DNA of 64,000 nucleotides, taken from contig OZ024745.1 in NCBI GenBank assembly GCA_964016885.1, positions 115,692,001-115,756,000 of the forward strand. The letters run 5' to 3'. The notes under the pieces were generated by a model. That model made no database searches. It was not told where the DNA came from and saw nothing but the letters and a program-made list of their open reading frames with translations. Positions 24,259 to 36,748 of the stretch are shown piece after piece. Numbering within the stretch: position 1 is the first letter of the stretch; every line of letters starts with the position of its first letter. A program made the translations under genes and the position numbers. Source of the stretch: Eledone cirrhosa (Eukaryota).

Positions 24259-24296
24259 TGAGAACAATTGTTTCACCTTAGCGGATCCTCAGCTCG
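24259..24296 (-). ncRNA. Minimal hammerhead ribozyme (copy of 22680)
   Basis: Same core and stems inside a repeat of about 110 bp shared with 22612-22722. Confidence 0.68.
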
Positions 24297-24959
24297 TAAT
24301 GGACATGGTTATACGGAACAGGAAGGACCACCGTACGAACGCGCATGCGCAGAAACGAGCACTTCACACACGCAATACTAAGTTGCGTGCGAGAGGTGTA
24401 AGGGAGATAACTGTGAAAGTCCGAAAGTTTCTAGTTGATAAGAAAATTAGGATGTTGTAATTCAATCGGGATTGAATTACAACAGACATGTCTGAGCCAC
24501 GAAAAAAGTGAGAGGGGAAAGGATTAATGCAGGTCAGACGGGAGGAAGTGAGAGAGGAGGAGTAGCAGAGAGTGAGTGAGTGAAGGTGTGAGGAAGGGGC
24601 CAGCTGAGAGTGTGTGACCAGCAGCGGGGGTGGATGAAAGCAAGAGGTAAGGGGGAGAGAGAAAGAGGATAGCAGTAAGGTGACAGAAAAATACGAAGCA
24701 CAGCAAAGGGAAAATATATGTGAATGAAAAATGGCGTGCTGCGTTGTTAGGAATATGAACATATGAATAAAAATAGACTGAGAAACAGGAAAAGTCCATC
24801 ATCAGTAGTCTGTGTCTGTATTCTTCTCGCCATTTGATTTGTCGGACTTAAGCTTGTTTTGAATGAATATATATATGCCTATATCTACTGGAACGTATAA
24901 ATATATATGGTAAGAAAGTGAATTATATATATAATAGAAATAGGTAATAATTTAACCAT

Positions 24960-26260
24960 AAATCATATGAAGAGTTTTATAGATTTTAGCTAATATTTTA
25001 ACCGTAAACCTTATGAAATGTCTTCGAGATTCTATGCAAGCAAGAGCTGAAAATTTCTTTTTTTTTTGTTAATAATAGAATCTGCATTCTTAATAATATG
25101 AAGGTTTTCCTCGTTGCAAAGATGACAAATCTTCGAAATAGAGGAATTATGGTAAGGTGATACGCTTTGAAGTTTATTCCAAGATATTGAATAATCGATG
25201 TTTTTGTTTTTTAAAGACTAAATTAATTGTGATATGGAAGTTGAGAATTTCTTATCTATCCGTTTAAATGTATGTTTATGGTTATACCACCGTTCTTTAA
25301 ATTTTGATGACGTTGCCCCTATGTAATTATATAGTTTATCATTAGTTTTAACAGTGCATCTATATACTAAATTTCTATCGAGGCAGCTTATATCTAACTG
25401 GCAAGAAAGACTGTTCTTACAATTACAATTTCTTATGTTATTATTTGATTATATAAGGGCGGTGGATTGGCAGTATCGGTAGAGGGTAGGACGCCATGCT
25501 TTGACGCATGGAGTCACGGCCCTTGCAATTCTGAGTTCAAATCCCGCCGAGGTTAACGTTGCCTTTCATCCTTACGGGTCGATAAAATAAAGTAGCAGTA
25601 ATGTACCGGGTAATTGCTGGTCTTGTGTCAAATGTAGAAACAATTATTTGATGAGATAGCTATATTATTCAGGTGTAAATTATTATTGTTTGTGCTATTA
25701 TCAATATTATTGTTATTGTCTGGTGTTGTTTCTAGTTGGTTTCATTTAAGATTCCTAATATTAATTTTTGCTATATTTTGGCCTACGTTCATAGTTGTTG
25801 AGTATGAAAGTTTAATTGTCTGTCTATTAAAAATCTGGTAATATCTATGGGTTTTAGGAAAACATTTATCGAGAGCTTTAAAGAATTGTTGTGCTAAACA
25901 TGTTTTAATTCCTATGGATATTGGTGGGGAATACCGAATTATAGAGCGGGTTCTGGCTTTCATATGTGATTTTATATCTTTGTTTACATTATGGTTATTC
26001 TGGTTATGTGGGATATTTATGTTATTATTAAATACTTTTGCATATGGGATATAATTTTCCTTTTCTATGTAATTAATTTTATTATTGTATCCTGCCCTGT
26101 ATAGGGCTTCGTTATAGTATTCTGCTTTATTGCCAAACATATTTTTAATTAGCGGAGAGTCTTTAAAGTTGGACACTATTGACTATAGCTTTCCTTACTT
26201 TTCTAGGATGGTTAGAATAAAAGCTGAGATAGTTTAGGTTTTCGTTTAGCTTGTGGAATA
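24960..26260 (-). mobile_element. Decayed Penelope-like element 3' half, interrupted by a SINE (25457-25646)
   Basis: FPKTHRYYQIFNRQTIKLSYST, CNCKNSLSCQLDISC, LVY..YNYIGAT..FKERWYNH, CHLCNEE..IFSSCLH. Confidence 0.9.
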
Positions 26261-26261
26261 G

Positions 26262-26358
<97 letters not shown>

Positions 26359-26624
26359 GAGAAAGTATGACCCGACGGCAGAGCTCAAGCCATTTCGACG
26401 GCTATATCTGGACTCCTATTTCCCACTCTACTACCCTAAGTATTGAGTACTCTGGTGCGTTACGGTCCATCTGGTTCCTTATCACAATTCCTTCCGGTAA
26501 AAACTTAAAACTAAAACTGAATACTAACCAATACTTATTACTAATTTATACTTATTCCTAATTAAATTATTTTTCACTGGGAAAGATTTGTCAGCATTTT
26601 CTTTTCCTTTTTACTAATATATAT

Positions 26625-27315
26625 ATTTGCATTCGTTAGCTTGGCCGCAAGCTAAAGCTTCGTTAATGCTGCACTAAAATTTGTATTTTAACTCCTAGAA
26701 TTAACGATTAACTGATTAATTTAATTAGACAATTCTATTGATTGATTAATTGTTTATGTTTGTTTGATAACTTCTGGTTGAGTGCTTAATTCGGTTTGTC
26801 TAAGGGAATTTCATTCCTTTGTCTCAAATTTCGAATTCACCGCCAAAACTGGGGTTACCTCCCTTGGAGAAAACCACGTGTCTATAGCGAATTTTACTGC
26901 TAGAACATACCCGCAGAGGCTAAAGAACACAAGACTTGTTGAAGAGGTAAATCCTTTGTTCTGTCGTCAAAGACCATTAACTTGCAGACCCCTGCAAGCG
27001 GAATTTGTCGATCTTGGATTGCAGAAACCTAGCGTGAATGTTGTGTGCTGTATGCTATACGATATGCATTATATATTGCATTAGGTCTCAGCGCTATGTC
27101 CAGGTCAGTCTAAAATCTTTTCCTGAGTCCAACCATTTCCGTTGCTGTGGTAATGCGGCTGGACTGCGGATCGCTATATTTGATTTGCTAAGCTGTCTAA
27201 ACGTATTTTTATTACTCTGGGGTACTATTCCCTATCGAGTGCTAAAGCTACATACTGAATTTGCATTCGTTAGCTTGGCCGCAAGCTAAAGCTTCGTTAA
27301 TGTAGTACTAAAATT

Positions 27316-27320
<5 letters not shown>
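26625..27320. mobile_element. Unclassified element with 62-bp direct terminal repeats, flanked by TA repeats
   Basis: 26625-26686 approximates 27259-27320 (period 634). Confidence 0.6.
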
Positions 27321-27366
<46 letters not shown>

Positions 27367-27465
27367 ATAATAATAAATTTGAAGACTAAAATCCAAAGAG
27401 GGCCCGATAAGGATAAATATATATCAGATATGTAAGAACCGTAGACAAATATCTATTAAAATAAC

Positions 27466-28270
27466 AGATTAAAGTTTAAGCAAAGAATCGCTGCTTTCAC
27501 CCTTAACGGGATCTTCTGAAACTAAAAAAGTCAATCTGTGAACGCAGAAGTAAATATTTCAAAAAACGTTGCAACTGAAGGAAGACAGGAAAACGATACT
27601 TTGGTTCGTGGAAACGTTCCCTGGCAAAGAACGGAAAAAACGAAGATAATACGTCATAATTTGGTGCGTTGCGTGGGTTCTGTATGTGTGTGCGTGTTAT
27701 TTTTGTGTACGCGCTTATATTTGCATACGCATGGCGAGTGTTTTAACGTATGCTTGTGTACATACGTATATGGATGTCTGTATGTATATATTTAAATTCA
27801 ATTACCTCTGTGTTTTATCTACTTTATTCTTAACTCTGAAGACGGGAATCATTCGGTTTCCTAAATAGAATTTTAGTCTACGACTTCAGTTATACCATTT
27901 ACGTGGTTTTGTCTTTGCGTGTAATTGTTCTCACCGCTCCACATAATGACGTATTATTTCCGTTCATTGCCAGAGAACGTCTCCATGAACCACCTAATAG
28001 AATATTAGTCTAGACTTCAGTTGTACCATAAACGTGGTTTTGTCTTTGCATGTAATTGTTTTCACCGCACCAAATTATGACGTATTATCTTCGTTTTTTT
28101 CCGTTCTTTGCCATGGAACGTTTCCACGAATCAAAGTATCGTCTTCCTGTCTTCATTCGGTTGCAACGTTTTTTTTGAAATATTTACTTCTGCGTTCACA
28201 GTTTTTTTAGTTTCAGAAGATCCCGTTAATGGTGAAAGCAGCGATTCTTTGCTTAAACTTTAATGTTATT
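27466..28270. mobile_element. Hairpin-type element with inverted arms of about 200 bp, each with a CAGAAGA hammerhead-like motif (third copy 53730-53955)
   Basis: 27470-27667 is reverse complement of 28067-28262; internal partial tandem duplication 27881-28130. Confidence 0.8.
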
Positions 28271-28390
28271 TTAATAAATATATATATATATATATATGTA
28301 CTCTTTTACTCTTCTACCTGTCCCAGCCCCCCCGGCCGAGGCCATGCTGGAGCACCGCTCTTGAATGCATTCGCATATATTTATATATAT

Positions 28391-28900
28391 ATAAATGTAA
28401 TCTGAGTTTTTCGAATATTAATAATGGTTTCTTATTTAGGCACAAGGCCAGCAATTTTTTTTTTGTGGGGGAAGTCGATGAAATTGACCCCAATGCGTGA
28501 CTGGTACTATATTTTATCGTTCGTTTGCAATTAAGCAAACAAACCTCAATTTTATACCCATGTCATTAGAATGAACACTTCATTCTTGCTTTTATGTTGG
28601 CATGCAAACAGAACTGCAGACACTAAAGTTTCTGGGTATCACCCTTCATCAGTACAGCTCACTGTTCACCTGCCAAACTCTCAGAGCTTGTGAAAATATA
28701 TGCTATTTTCAAAAATACACTGTTACTGATTGGCCTGATTTGCATATTAACAGACTGGCTGATCAGTCAGATCTGCATATTAGCTGATCCCCTGATCAGC
28801 CTGATTTGCATATCAGCAGACTCAGCGATAAATGGCCGGCTTTGCCAAATTCAAATAAAAAAGAAAATTCCGCTCTACATGGCTGAATACAATGAATGTA
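28391..28900 (-). mobile_element. Monomer of the HHR-bearing 439-nt repeat, with a SINE fragment inserted at 28426-28518
   Basis: Colinear with 49950-50400; HHR at 28614-28657 on the minus strand. Confidence 0.85.
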
Positions 28901-29393
28901 GACCCGATCACCTATACTTAAACTATCTTCCGACTCCCACCCCTTCCCTCTTTCTATTACGCATGCAATATCCAGAACCTTCTCGTGCGTAGATCCTTTC
29001 CTCGTCCTAATTCCTCACCTGGATCTCTTCCCTGAACCCAATCATGCTGCCACACTTGCCTTAACATCACCAACACCACCACCTTCGCGGGCCCAACGGC
29101 CATGCTTGAAACTAGTACATCGTTCCTGTGTCAGTGTTGAACAAAAGAGCGACGATGGTTGCCGAGCACTGTACGGCGTAATTCGGGCTGTTTGTTTACA
29201 AACAAACCGAACATTATAATAAATGTTCGGTAAACCCATACGTACATATATATATATATATGTGTGCATGTATATATATACATACATACATACTACTGTA
29301 CGTCTGTACACATATATGTATGTACGTATACATACTTATATTTAGGTATCAACCGTACTAAGAGTGAGAAATGAAATTTCGTTTCATTCTTTT

Positions 29394-29434
<41 letters not shown>

Positions 29435-31508
29435 AATATAAATTCAGCGAGAATCGCATTTCGGCGGGTAGAAAAAGCGAAACGAAACGCAAAATCAGAG
29501 TTATGCTGGCAAGCGCTCTATAGTTAAAAAAAACAGAGCTAAACATATAAATTAAAACGCCATACAAACTGAAAAAGTGGTCAAGAAGGCATTAACCACC
29601 TAAGCTAAAAAACAAGTCAACCTAAACAGGTTAAACAAAATAAATGATAAAATCAGATATATATATATACATATACACATATATAACCGACCTGGACCCA
29701 TTGGAATTGATGGTAAAATCCAAATGCAGGATTTCTATGACACCTAAATCAATAATACATATATATATACCATTTATATTTATATATTCCATGATATACT
29801 GATACCAATGGGTCAGGAAATGAAGCGCAGCGCTCATAACCAATATATCTTTCAGATTACTGGTTGAATGAAGTAAGGAGTTTATTGTCAAATCGGAGAT
29901 ATAGACAAATGTTTATATACGTTTGAGCCCCAACAAATGCACCTAACAACAAGATGGTGATGTTAAACAAGGTGATAGATTAAGTCTTCCATCCAAGAAT
30001 TCTGACTACAAAAAGTTGAAATAAATATCGGTGGATGCCCTGGACTCGATGGAATTTGAATTGAGAGCGCAATTTCGACAATTTTATATAAAATAAGTTG
30101 TACTTGCTAAAATGTATTGGAACATTATATAGTGCTTATACTATAGATAACTAAAAGATATCAAGAGTGAATTTAATTATACATTATTGTAAACATCCTT
30201 TAGTGAATCAGTATCTAGCTGATGTATGTTAATCTATGCCATTGTCTTATATTATACACCTTAGATCGATTTTTAGCTTTATGCAGATTAACACAGGCTC
30301 TAATTGCCATCGTTAATATTTTTTCCTATATGTAAAATATTCTGACTGCTGATTAAGAAGGTTTGTCCTTAAAATGTTTTGCTGATGAGCTCCAATATAC
30401 CACCGCCCCAATTAACAAAAATCTGATGTTTTCATGAGCAAGAAAAACAAATTATTTAGTTATATGAATTATCTCTTTTACTCTGCCTTTCGCTGATTCC
30501 TATTAAGTTATATTTTGTCTTTGTTTTCTCCAACTAAAAGAGAAAGTTCAATTCATTAACTATTTTCCAGTCTATATTTTTCAGTACACCAGCACCAACT
30601 TGAGTTTGATGTATTTGAGTTAGCTAAATTTAGTTGAATCTTATTTGGAATATTTCCCTTTGAGTTCAATTACTACTAATGTCAAATTACATTTTTACAG
30701 TGTCAATAACATTTTCGCTCATAAAATGTATGTGGTACTGTACTCTTCCAGTGATGGACCTGCTTCAGTGGTTAGAGAGAGTTTGTGAGTACGATTCCCG
30801 GGCCGGGTGATGCATTATGTCTTGGACAAGACACTTTATTTCACGTTGCTTTTCCTGCAAGGAGTTATGACCGGTAGATATTATCAGCAATGGGAAGACG
30901 AATGGAAACATAGTTTTGTTTAGTTCGTTTTGACAAGTTTCATCCCAATCGGTAAACGAAGGAAGTCAGAATCTTTCGATCGATTCGAACGATCGTGCCA
31001 TCCGAAAATACGTGATCTTATGTCCATGTTAGTAAACAATATTTAAAGACAGATATCATATATCAAAGAATAACGAAGAATGTCGGATCGGAAAAGAACT
31101 TAAATGAAGAAGATAGTAGTGTTCTAATAGTCCAAGGTTTTAGGTTAATGAGATTGAAACTTTTCCATCAATGGTTGATGGAAATTTAGAGAAAGAATCG
31201 CTGATTGACATTTAGATGTATAAGTATTGGTCAACAATTAGAGGTCATGAGCACGTTTCAGATACTAATATAATATTTTATAGGTAAAATACGAATTTTG
31301 ACAAGTAAGTGTAAATAGTTAAAATAGGTATTTGAAAATGAAAAACAGATTTAGTTTATTTTCATTTCTCAGATTTTGTAAAGAAAAGTTATATTTTATA
31401 TTTTTGTTGACAATAAAATATTTATTTACAGAACAAGAATAAAAGAAAATCAATTTTGATTTTCCATTCATCACAGTTTTCTTTATTCAACAAATCTCAC
31501 CTGAAAAC

Positions 31509-31516
31509 TATAAATA
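31509..31516 (+). promoter_or_regulatory. TATA box of protease paralogue B
   Basis: TATAAATA about 40 nt upstream of the ATG at 31550. Confidence 0.7.
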
Positions 31517-31549
31517 TCACACCAAACCACATGATGACAAACCCTGACC

Positions 31550-31610
31550 ATGGAGAGAATAGTCATAGCCATTCTTCTGACTGTGTTTGCAAGCTGCTCA
31601 TCTTTACCAA
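31550..31610 (+). CDS. S1 serine protease paralogue B, exon 1 (signal peptide)
   Basis: accATGg start; MERIVIAILLTVFASCSSLP is hydrophobic; phase-1 donor A|GTaagt matches the exon 2 acceptor phase. Confidence 0.85.
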
Positions 31611-32418
31611 GTAAGTCTCCTTGGAGATTATATTTCCAATGTTATTCAAAACTAAATTTCTATCTTTCAACATTTTAAATTAAGAAGCAAACCTGAGAAT
31701 GGTGTGGAATTGACAGGAAAATAATCTTGAAGTGAAAATCAGAGAATTTAGTGTTAAAATATTCATTGTCACTTCCATACATCTTTCTTTTTTGTGTTAT
31801 GAACCGTAAGTGTGCCGTTATAATTCCGTGTACACCTTTCCCTAGGGGTAGATAGGTCCCCCATAATACACTATCGTACAGTCCGAAATGCTTCGCACTT
31901 TCATCATACTGCAGAAAATTAGCCACACTTTTAATTTCAGCCTCCTCTATGCCAAGTAGCCCTGACGTTTAGATTATTGTCTAGCTAACTGGTATTGTCA
32001 CCTGATGCCCTTTGTCTTCCAATCATTTCAGGTCTGTTTTAGATTTATGGATCTACCTATTATATTGTTTTACTACAATGTCATCTTCCATCTAACCAGA
32101 ATTTTGCGCCATCCAAAAATCTGCTACATAGCACTCAGTATATTATCCCGTAGAAATATCAGTTTTTTCTAGGTTGCAACTCTCCGTTTCTACCCCATCT
32201 TTTAAAATGGTATCATAATACATATCTAAACCTAAGAATGTTCGTTGAGTTTTCGAGTCTATCTAGTTTTTAATTCGACTTCTTTATATATATATATATA
32301 TATGATTCCAGTTCCTCGGAAGAATAACAACATACGCAGGAGATGGACATATCGATGTATTGACGGAGTGAAACACACCTCAACAACATGTGTACTTGTC
32401 TTTTCCACACCAATTCGG

Positions 32419-32473
32419 ACTGCCTGAAGAGGTCACAGCCAATGATGGCTGTGACCAAAATATATATAGCAGT
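32419..32473 (+). ncRNA. Hammerhead ribozyme relic (GAAA mutated to AAAA) in intron 1 of paralogue B
   Basis: actgc-CTGAAGA-ggtcacagcca atga tggctgtgacc-AAAA-tatata-TA-gcagt. Confidence 0.6.
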
Positions 32474-32594
32474 ACATTTATAATTTATAATAAACGAAGC
32501 CAAATTTTACATATTTGACTTAGTTATTTTATATATGTATATATATATAATTCTTATCGATCCCTCTTCGGATTTTAGTCTTCACATTTATTAT

Positions 32595-32658
<64 letters not shown>

Positions 32659-32795
32659 AAAAAAGATGAGATCGAAAATGCAACTGGGGCCTTTTTTTAT
32701 AAAAATATATATTTATTTGGTTCCTTTACCGGTCTCGTAGTTCTTCTGCTTTTCAAAAGTAGAATTGAGATGGAGGGTCTGTGGTTTTTCTCACA

Positions 32796-32889
<94 letters not shown>

Positions 32890-32891
<2 letters not shown>

Positions 32892-34050
32892 ACGTGTAAA
32901 AACCGGAGTAATAGAAACTTTCCATTAAAATAATGAGAACCTAGCATAGATCAACCTTCAATCAAACCACCAACGCCCCATAATCAATTTCGTAGCACGT
33001 AATACATCCTTGCAATATCCCGTCTATCATCTACATTAGAAATATTTAATGAACTTGCAGACTATTACAATAGTGCGTTACGTAAAGCAGGTCATAAAGA
33101 GGGGCTCGAATTCATCTACGCTAACAATCATAGCAATCATGTACTTAACAACAAGTGTAGTGCTCAACATAATACGAATAATAGACATATAACTAGACGT
33201 AGGAATAAACAGGCTAAACAAGGAATAATCCAGCTTGCTGAACAAACTAAAAACTTGGGTATTTGAAACAAATCTAGAAATAGAGAATATATCTGGTATA
33301 ACCCCGTATTTAACTACGCAATCAACACTAATCTACCCTTTATTTTCTTTAATCTAATAGATAAACACTTCCATCAGTCACATAAATATCACAAAATAAT
33401 CAATATGAAGACTCTCAGACTATCATACTTTACTGCAACAAATATATATGCACACATAAAAAAACTCAATTCAAGACAAATTTCCAAACATATTAATACG
33501 CATACCTCTAGCATAATACCTACGACACATCCAACTGTTAGGCGTACCACAACGTACCTACGTAACATAAACAAACCAGCATCTCAACCCGATACAAGCC
33601 ATACATCGAGTTACAATTTAGAGCCAGTCCATAGGAAACCTACCAAATGCAGCTGCCACCTACCGGACAGCTGTCTCCTCTAAAACAAATGCCAGCTGTC
33701 TAGTTTAGTTTATCTTTGTACCATAAAATCGGGTGACCAGGAATGGTACTATGTGGGTTCCACAGCGAGAAAATTCAAGAAACACTGGTATGTGCATAGG
33801 CACTTGATAAAAAACCGCAAACGTAAGAACACAACTCTGGCCAGTAAAATCTGGCAACTCGCGGATAGCGAAAAATAACACCAAATCTTTTGGACTAAGT
33901 TAGATACAATAGAGGCGCAAAGACGCAGGACTGATCATTGTAGCTTATATATGGAATTACTTCATATTTTATTACGTAATAATAGCAATATTGCCCCTCG
34001 ATAAAGTTATGAAGCGATAATTCCCTTGTTTTAAACAAATGCCACATTTC
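32890..34050 (+). mobile_element. Decayed Penelope-like element 3' half in intron 1 of paralogue B
   Basis: INLQSNH, IWYNP.FN, KIINMKTLRLSY, CSCHLPDSC, LVY..YYVGST..FKKHWYVH; follows (TA)n. Confidence 0.88.
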
Positions 34051-34458
34051 CTTAAATTTCCACCCTTCTGTGTTTGTCTGAAACTATCATAACTTTGCAA
34101 GCCTCTTTCTTCATGTCACCTAATAATAGACTACAGTTGCTGTCTCCAAGGGAGGAATATGAACACATCGTGGGTTTTTATCTATAGCTATGCATACTTT
34201 TAGGTAGTCCAATATATCTAGTACACATAAACGTATATTTAGCTTTCATACATAACTCAAACCTCTTCTACATTTTGTGCATCATTGTAAATGATATCGC
34301 ATGATGACAATCTATCATGTGACATTTGTCAACAACAAAAATCTCAGATACATCAAGGCTGTTCTATAGATTCTATTGTCTTCATTTCTGAAATTGTTTT
34401 ACTCAATGCATCATTTATCATTTCTAAAATCTACAAACTTTTCTTTCTCATATTTCAG

Positions 34459-34606
34459 CTGAGCATATTGTGAGTGGACAAGATGCAAACTATTGTGAGT
34501 TCCCGCACATGGTTTACATTAGTATTAAACTGAGAGATGGTGGAGAAACATTTTGTGGAGCTACTTTAATCTCAAAGAAACATATCTTATCAGCAGCTCA
34601 TTGTGT
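34459..34606 (+). CDS. S1 serine protease paralogue B, exon 2 (activation site IVSG, catalytic His57)
   Basis: tttcAG|..|GTaagt; (T)EH-IVSGQDANYCEFPHMVYISIKLRDGGETFCGATLISKKHILSAAHC(V). Confidence 0.95.
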
Positions 34607-35427
34607 GTAAGTATTTGACAGAACCCTCTTACAAAAAAAGTCTATTTTGTGTATTTCTTCACAAATGTTTCACAAGTGGAGCTTTAGCAGTAATTTAAGA
34701 GAAACATTAATTTATTCATTAAGTTTTACACATTCTAAAAGTTCATGTAATGTAATTTAACAGCCATACCACACGTTTATAGGATTGTATAATTCTTAAC
34801 CTTCAGCAAATGTTCTAAACGGTTAGCTTCCCCATTGATTACTCTGTTAAATTGCAAACGAGAAGGGATGTGTCATAATTCATATATATAATCTTTGTGT
34901 GAAGAAACCTTTAGAAAATACCAGGCATATAAATATGTGAGCTTCTCCAGAAAGAAATATTGAGAAGGCTGAGAGATGTAACTATAGCTGATATAGCTTT
35001 TGATAAGAATATTAATCTTTAATATGGAGATTCTGAGATGAATATAACTTTGTTTTATCAATATTAAAGGACACTTCTGGGTGGTATTCGACAGCAATAT
35101 GATGGCACAATGATAGTGGGAGAATAAAAAAGCAAACATCTAACAATTTTACTATTAGTTTTGGTACATGTGTAGTAATAGTCTGAGACAAACTAAATAA
35201 CATATACTACTTAGAAGATTGTTTCTTTCTCGTATCATGTCTAGAGTAAGTCACAATGCTCTTTTCCCTCGAAAATTACATACAAGATTTGTAATATCAA
35301 TTGGTTTAACACAATATCCAATGAAGACATGTAAACATATAAAGGGATGTAATATATTCTCTTTTCAGATCTAGGTGTCTTGGTTATAACAATGTGTGTA
35401 CATAATATCCTTTGTTGGGATATTTAA

Positions 35428-35702
35428 CCTCTTCAGTGCTGAAGACGAGATAACTCGTCCTAACGTTTATGCATTCCAGTGCCACGGACGAGATAACTCG
35501 TCCTAACATGTTTGAATTCTTTGCCAACAGTTCATAACTTCAAAGCTAGATAGCGTTACTAGTTTATTGATGTGACGTTTGTCAATCATTCAGATATGTG
35601 TTGTTAATAAATGTCTGTTTAAAAAATTAGTCATTTTACTGAAAAAAAAAAGAATCGACACAGTAACTGTAGCCGTGTAAAATATACGTGACACTCAACA
35701 GG
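35428..35702. mobile_element. piggyBac-like MITE
   Basis: TTAA on both sides; imperfect terminal inverted repeats CCTCTTCAGTG and CCTGTTGAGTG (reverse complement). Confidence 0.65.
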
Positions 35703-35830
35703 TTAAATTAGTACTTACTTTGATTCCAAAACGGAGGATATGTTGTACTCCATACATGACAATAACACCGATGAAGTACCATTTAAGCAAAATCAATCAT
35801 AATTGAGAAGTCAGATAATCAATATTATTT

Positions 35831-36153
35831 TTGGCAGTATCGGGAGAGGGTCGGACGCCATGCTTTCCAACATAGAGTTACGTCCCTTTACGGCCTTACT
35901 TCAAATACCGCAGAGGTTAACTTTACCTTTCATCCTTACGGAGTCGATAAAATAAAGTAGCAGTAATTGTTTCTACTTTTGGCACAAGGCCAGCCATTGC
36001 CCAGTGCATTACTCGTACTTTATTTTATCGACCCCGTACGGATGAAAGGCAAAGTCAACCACGGCGGGATTTGAACTCAGAACATAAAGGCATGTAACTA
36101 TGCAGCAAAGCATGGTGCCCGACCCTCTACTGATACTGCCAATCCACCGCCCT
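35831..36153. mobile_element. Two OR2-like SINEs in opposite orientation (35831-35963 +, 35964-36153 -)
   Basis: Both match the SINE consensus; joined tail to tail. Confidence 0.9.
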
Positions 36154-36314
36154 TATATCATGAATGGGTACAACAGGTGAATTCAATATATATTTCTATG
36201 GAATAAAGTAAAACAATCTTGGACTATATGAATAAAGTGGAAATATATTCTACTGAAACAGGTTCGAATAAGGTAATGTAACTGTTAATTTCATTAATTA
36301 CTTTATTTTGTCAG

Positions 36315-36436
36315 TAACGATGGAGTGATTGGCATTTCTGCCCACTTTGGAACAACAAACAAACTAAATTCTTCCACAGTCATTAAAGTCAAAAAATGGT
36401 CTCCTCATCCTAAGTATTCCGAAACACACACTATTC
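36315..36436 (+). CDS. S1 serine protease paralogue B, exon 3
   Basis: ttttgtcAG|..|GTaagt, phase 2/1; NDGVIGISAHFGTTNKLNSSTVIKVKKWSPHPKYSETHTI contains the HPxY motif and joins exons 2 and 4 in frame. Confidence 0.92.
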
Positions 36437-36657
36437 GTAAGTATATTTTACTCCCCCCCCACATATATATACACGCATACACATATACACACACACATAC
36501 ATACATATATATATATCATATATGTCCGAAAGTAGCTGTTGGAACGGCAAGAGCTCAGCTGTAGGGTCATGATACTATAATACAGCCATACTCTACAACC
36601 CGAAGTCTTAAGTACTCTGCAGGGTAATGGTCTAACTAGTTTTAAACTGGTTGGCTC

Positions 36658-36741
<84 letters not shown>

Positions 36742-36748
<7 letters not shown>

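Noticed and set aside
31531-31614. Upstream ATG as the protease start
   Set aside because: Different frame, no signal peptide, and only about 15 nt from the TATA box, so probably upstream of the transcription start
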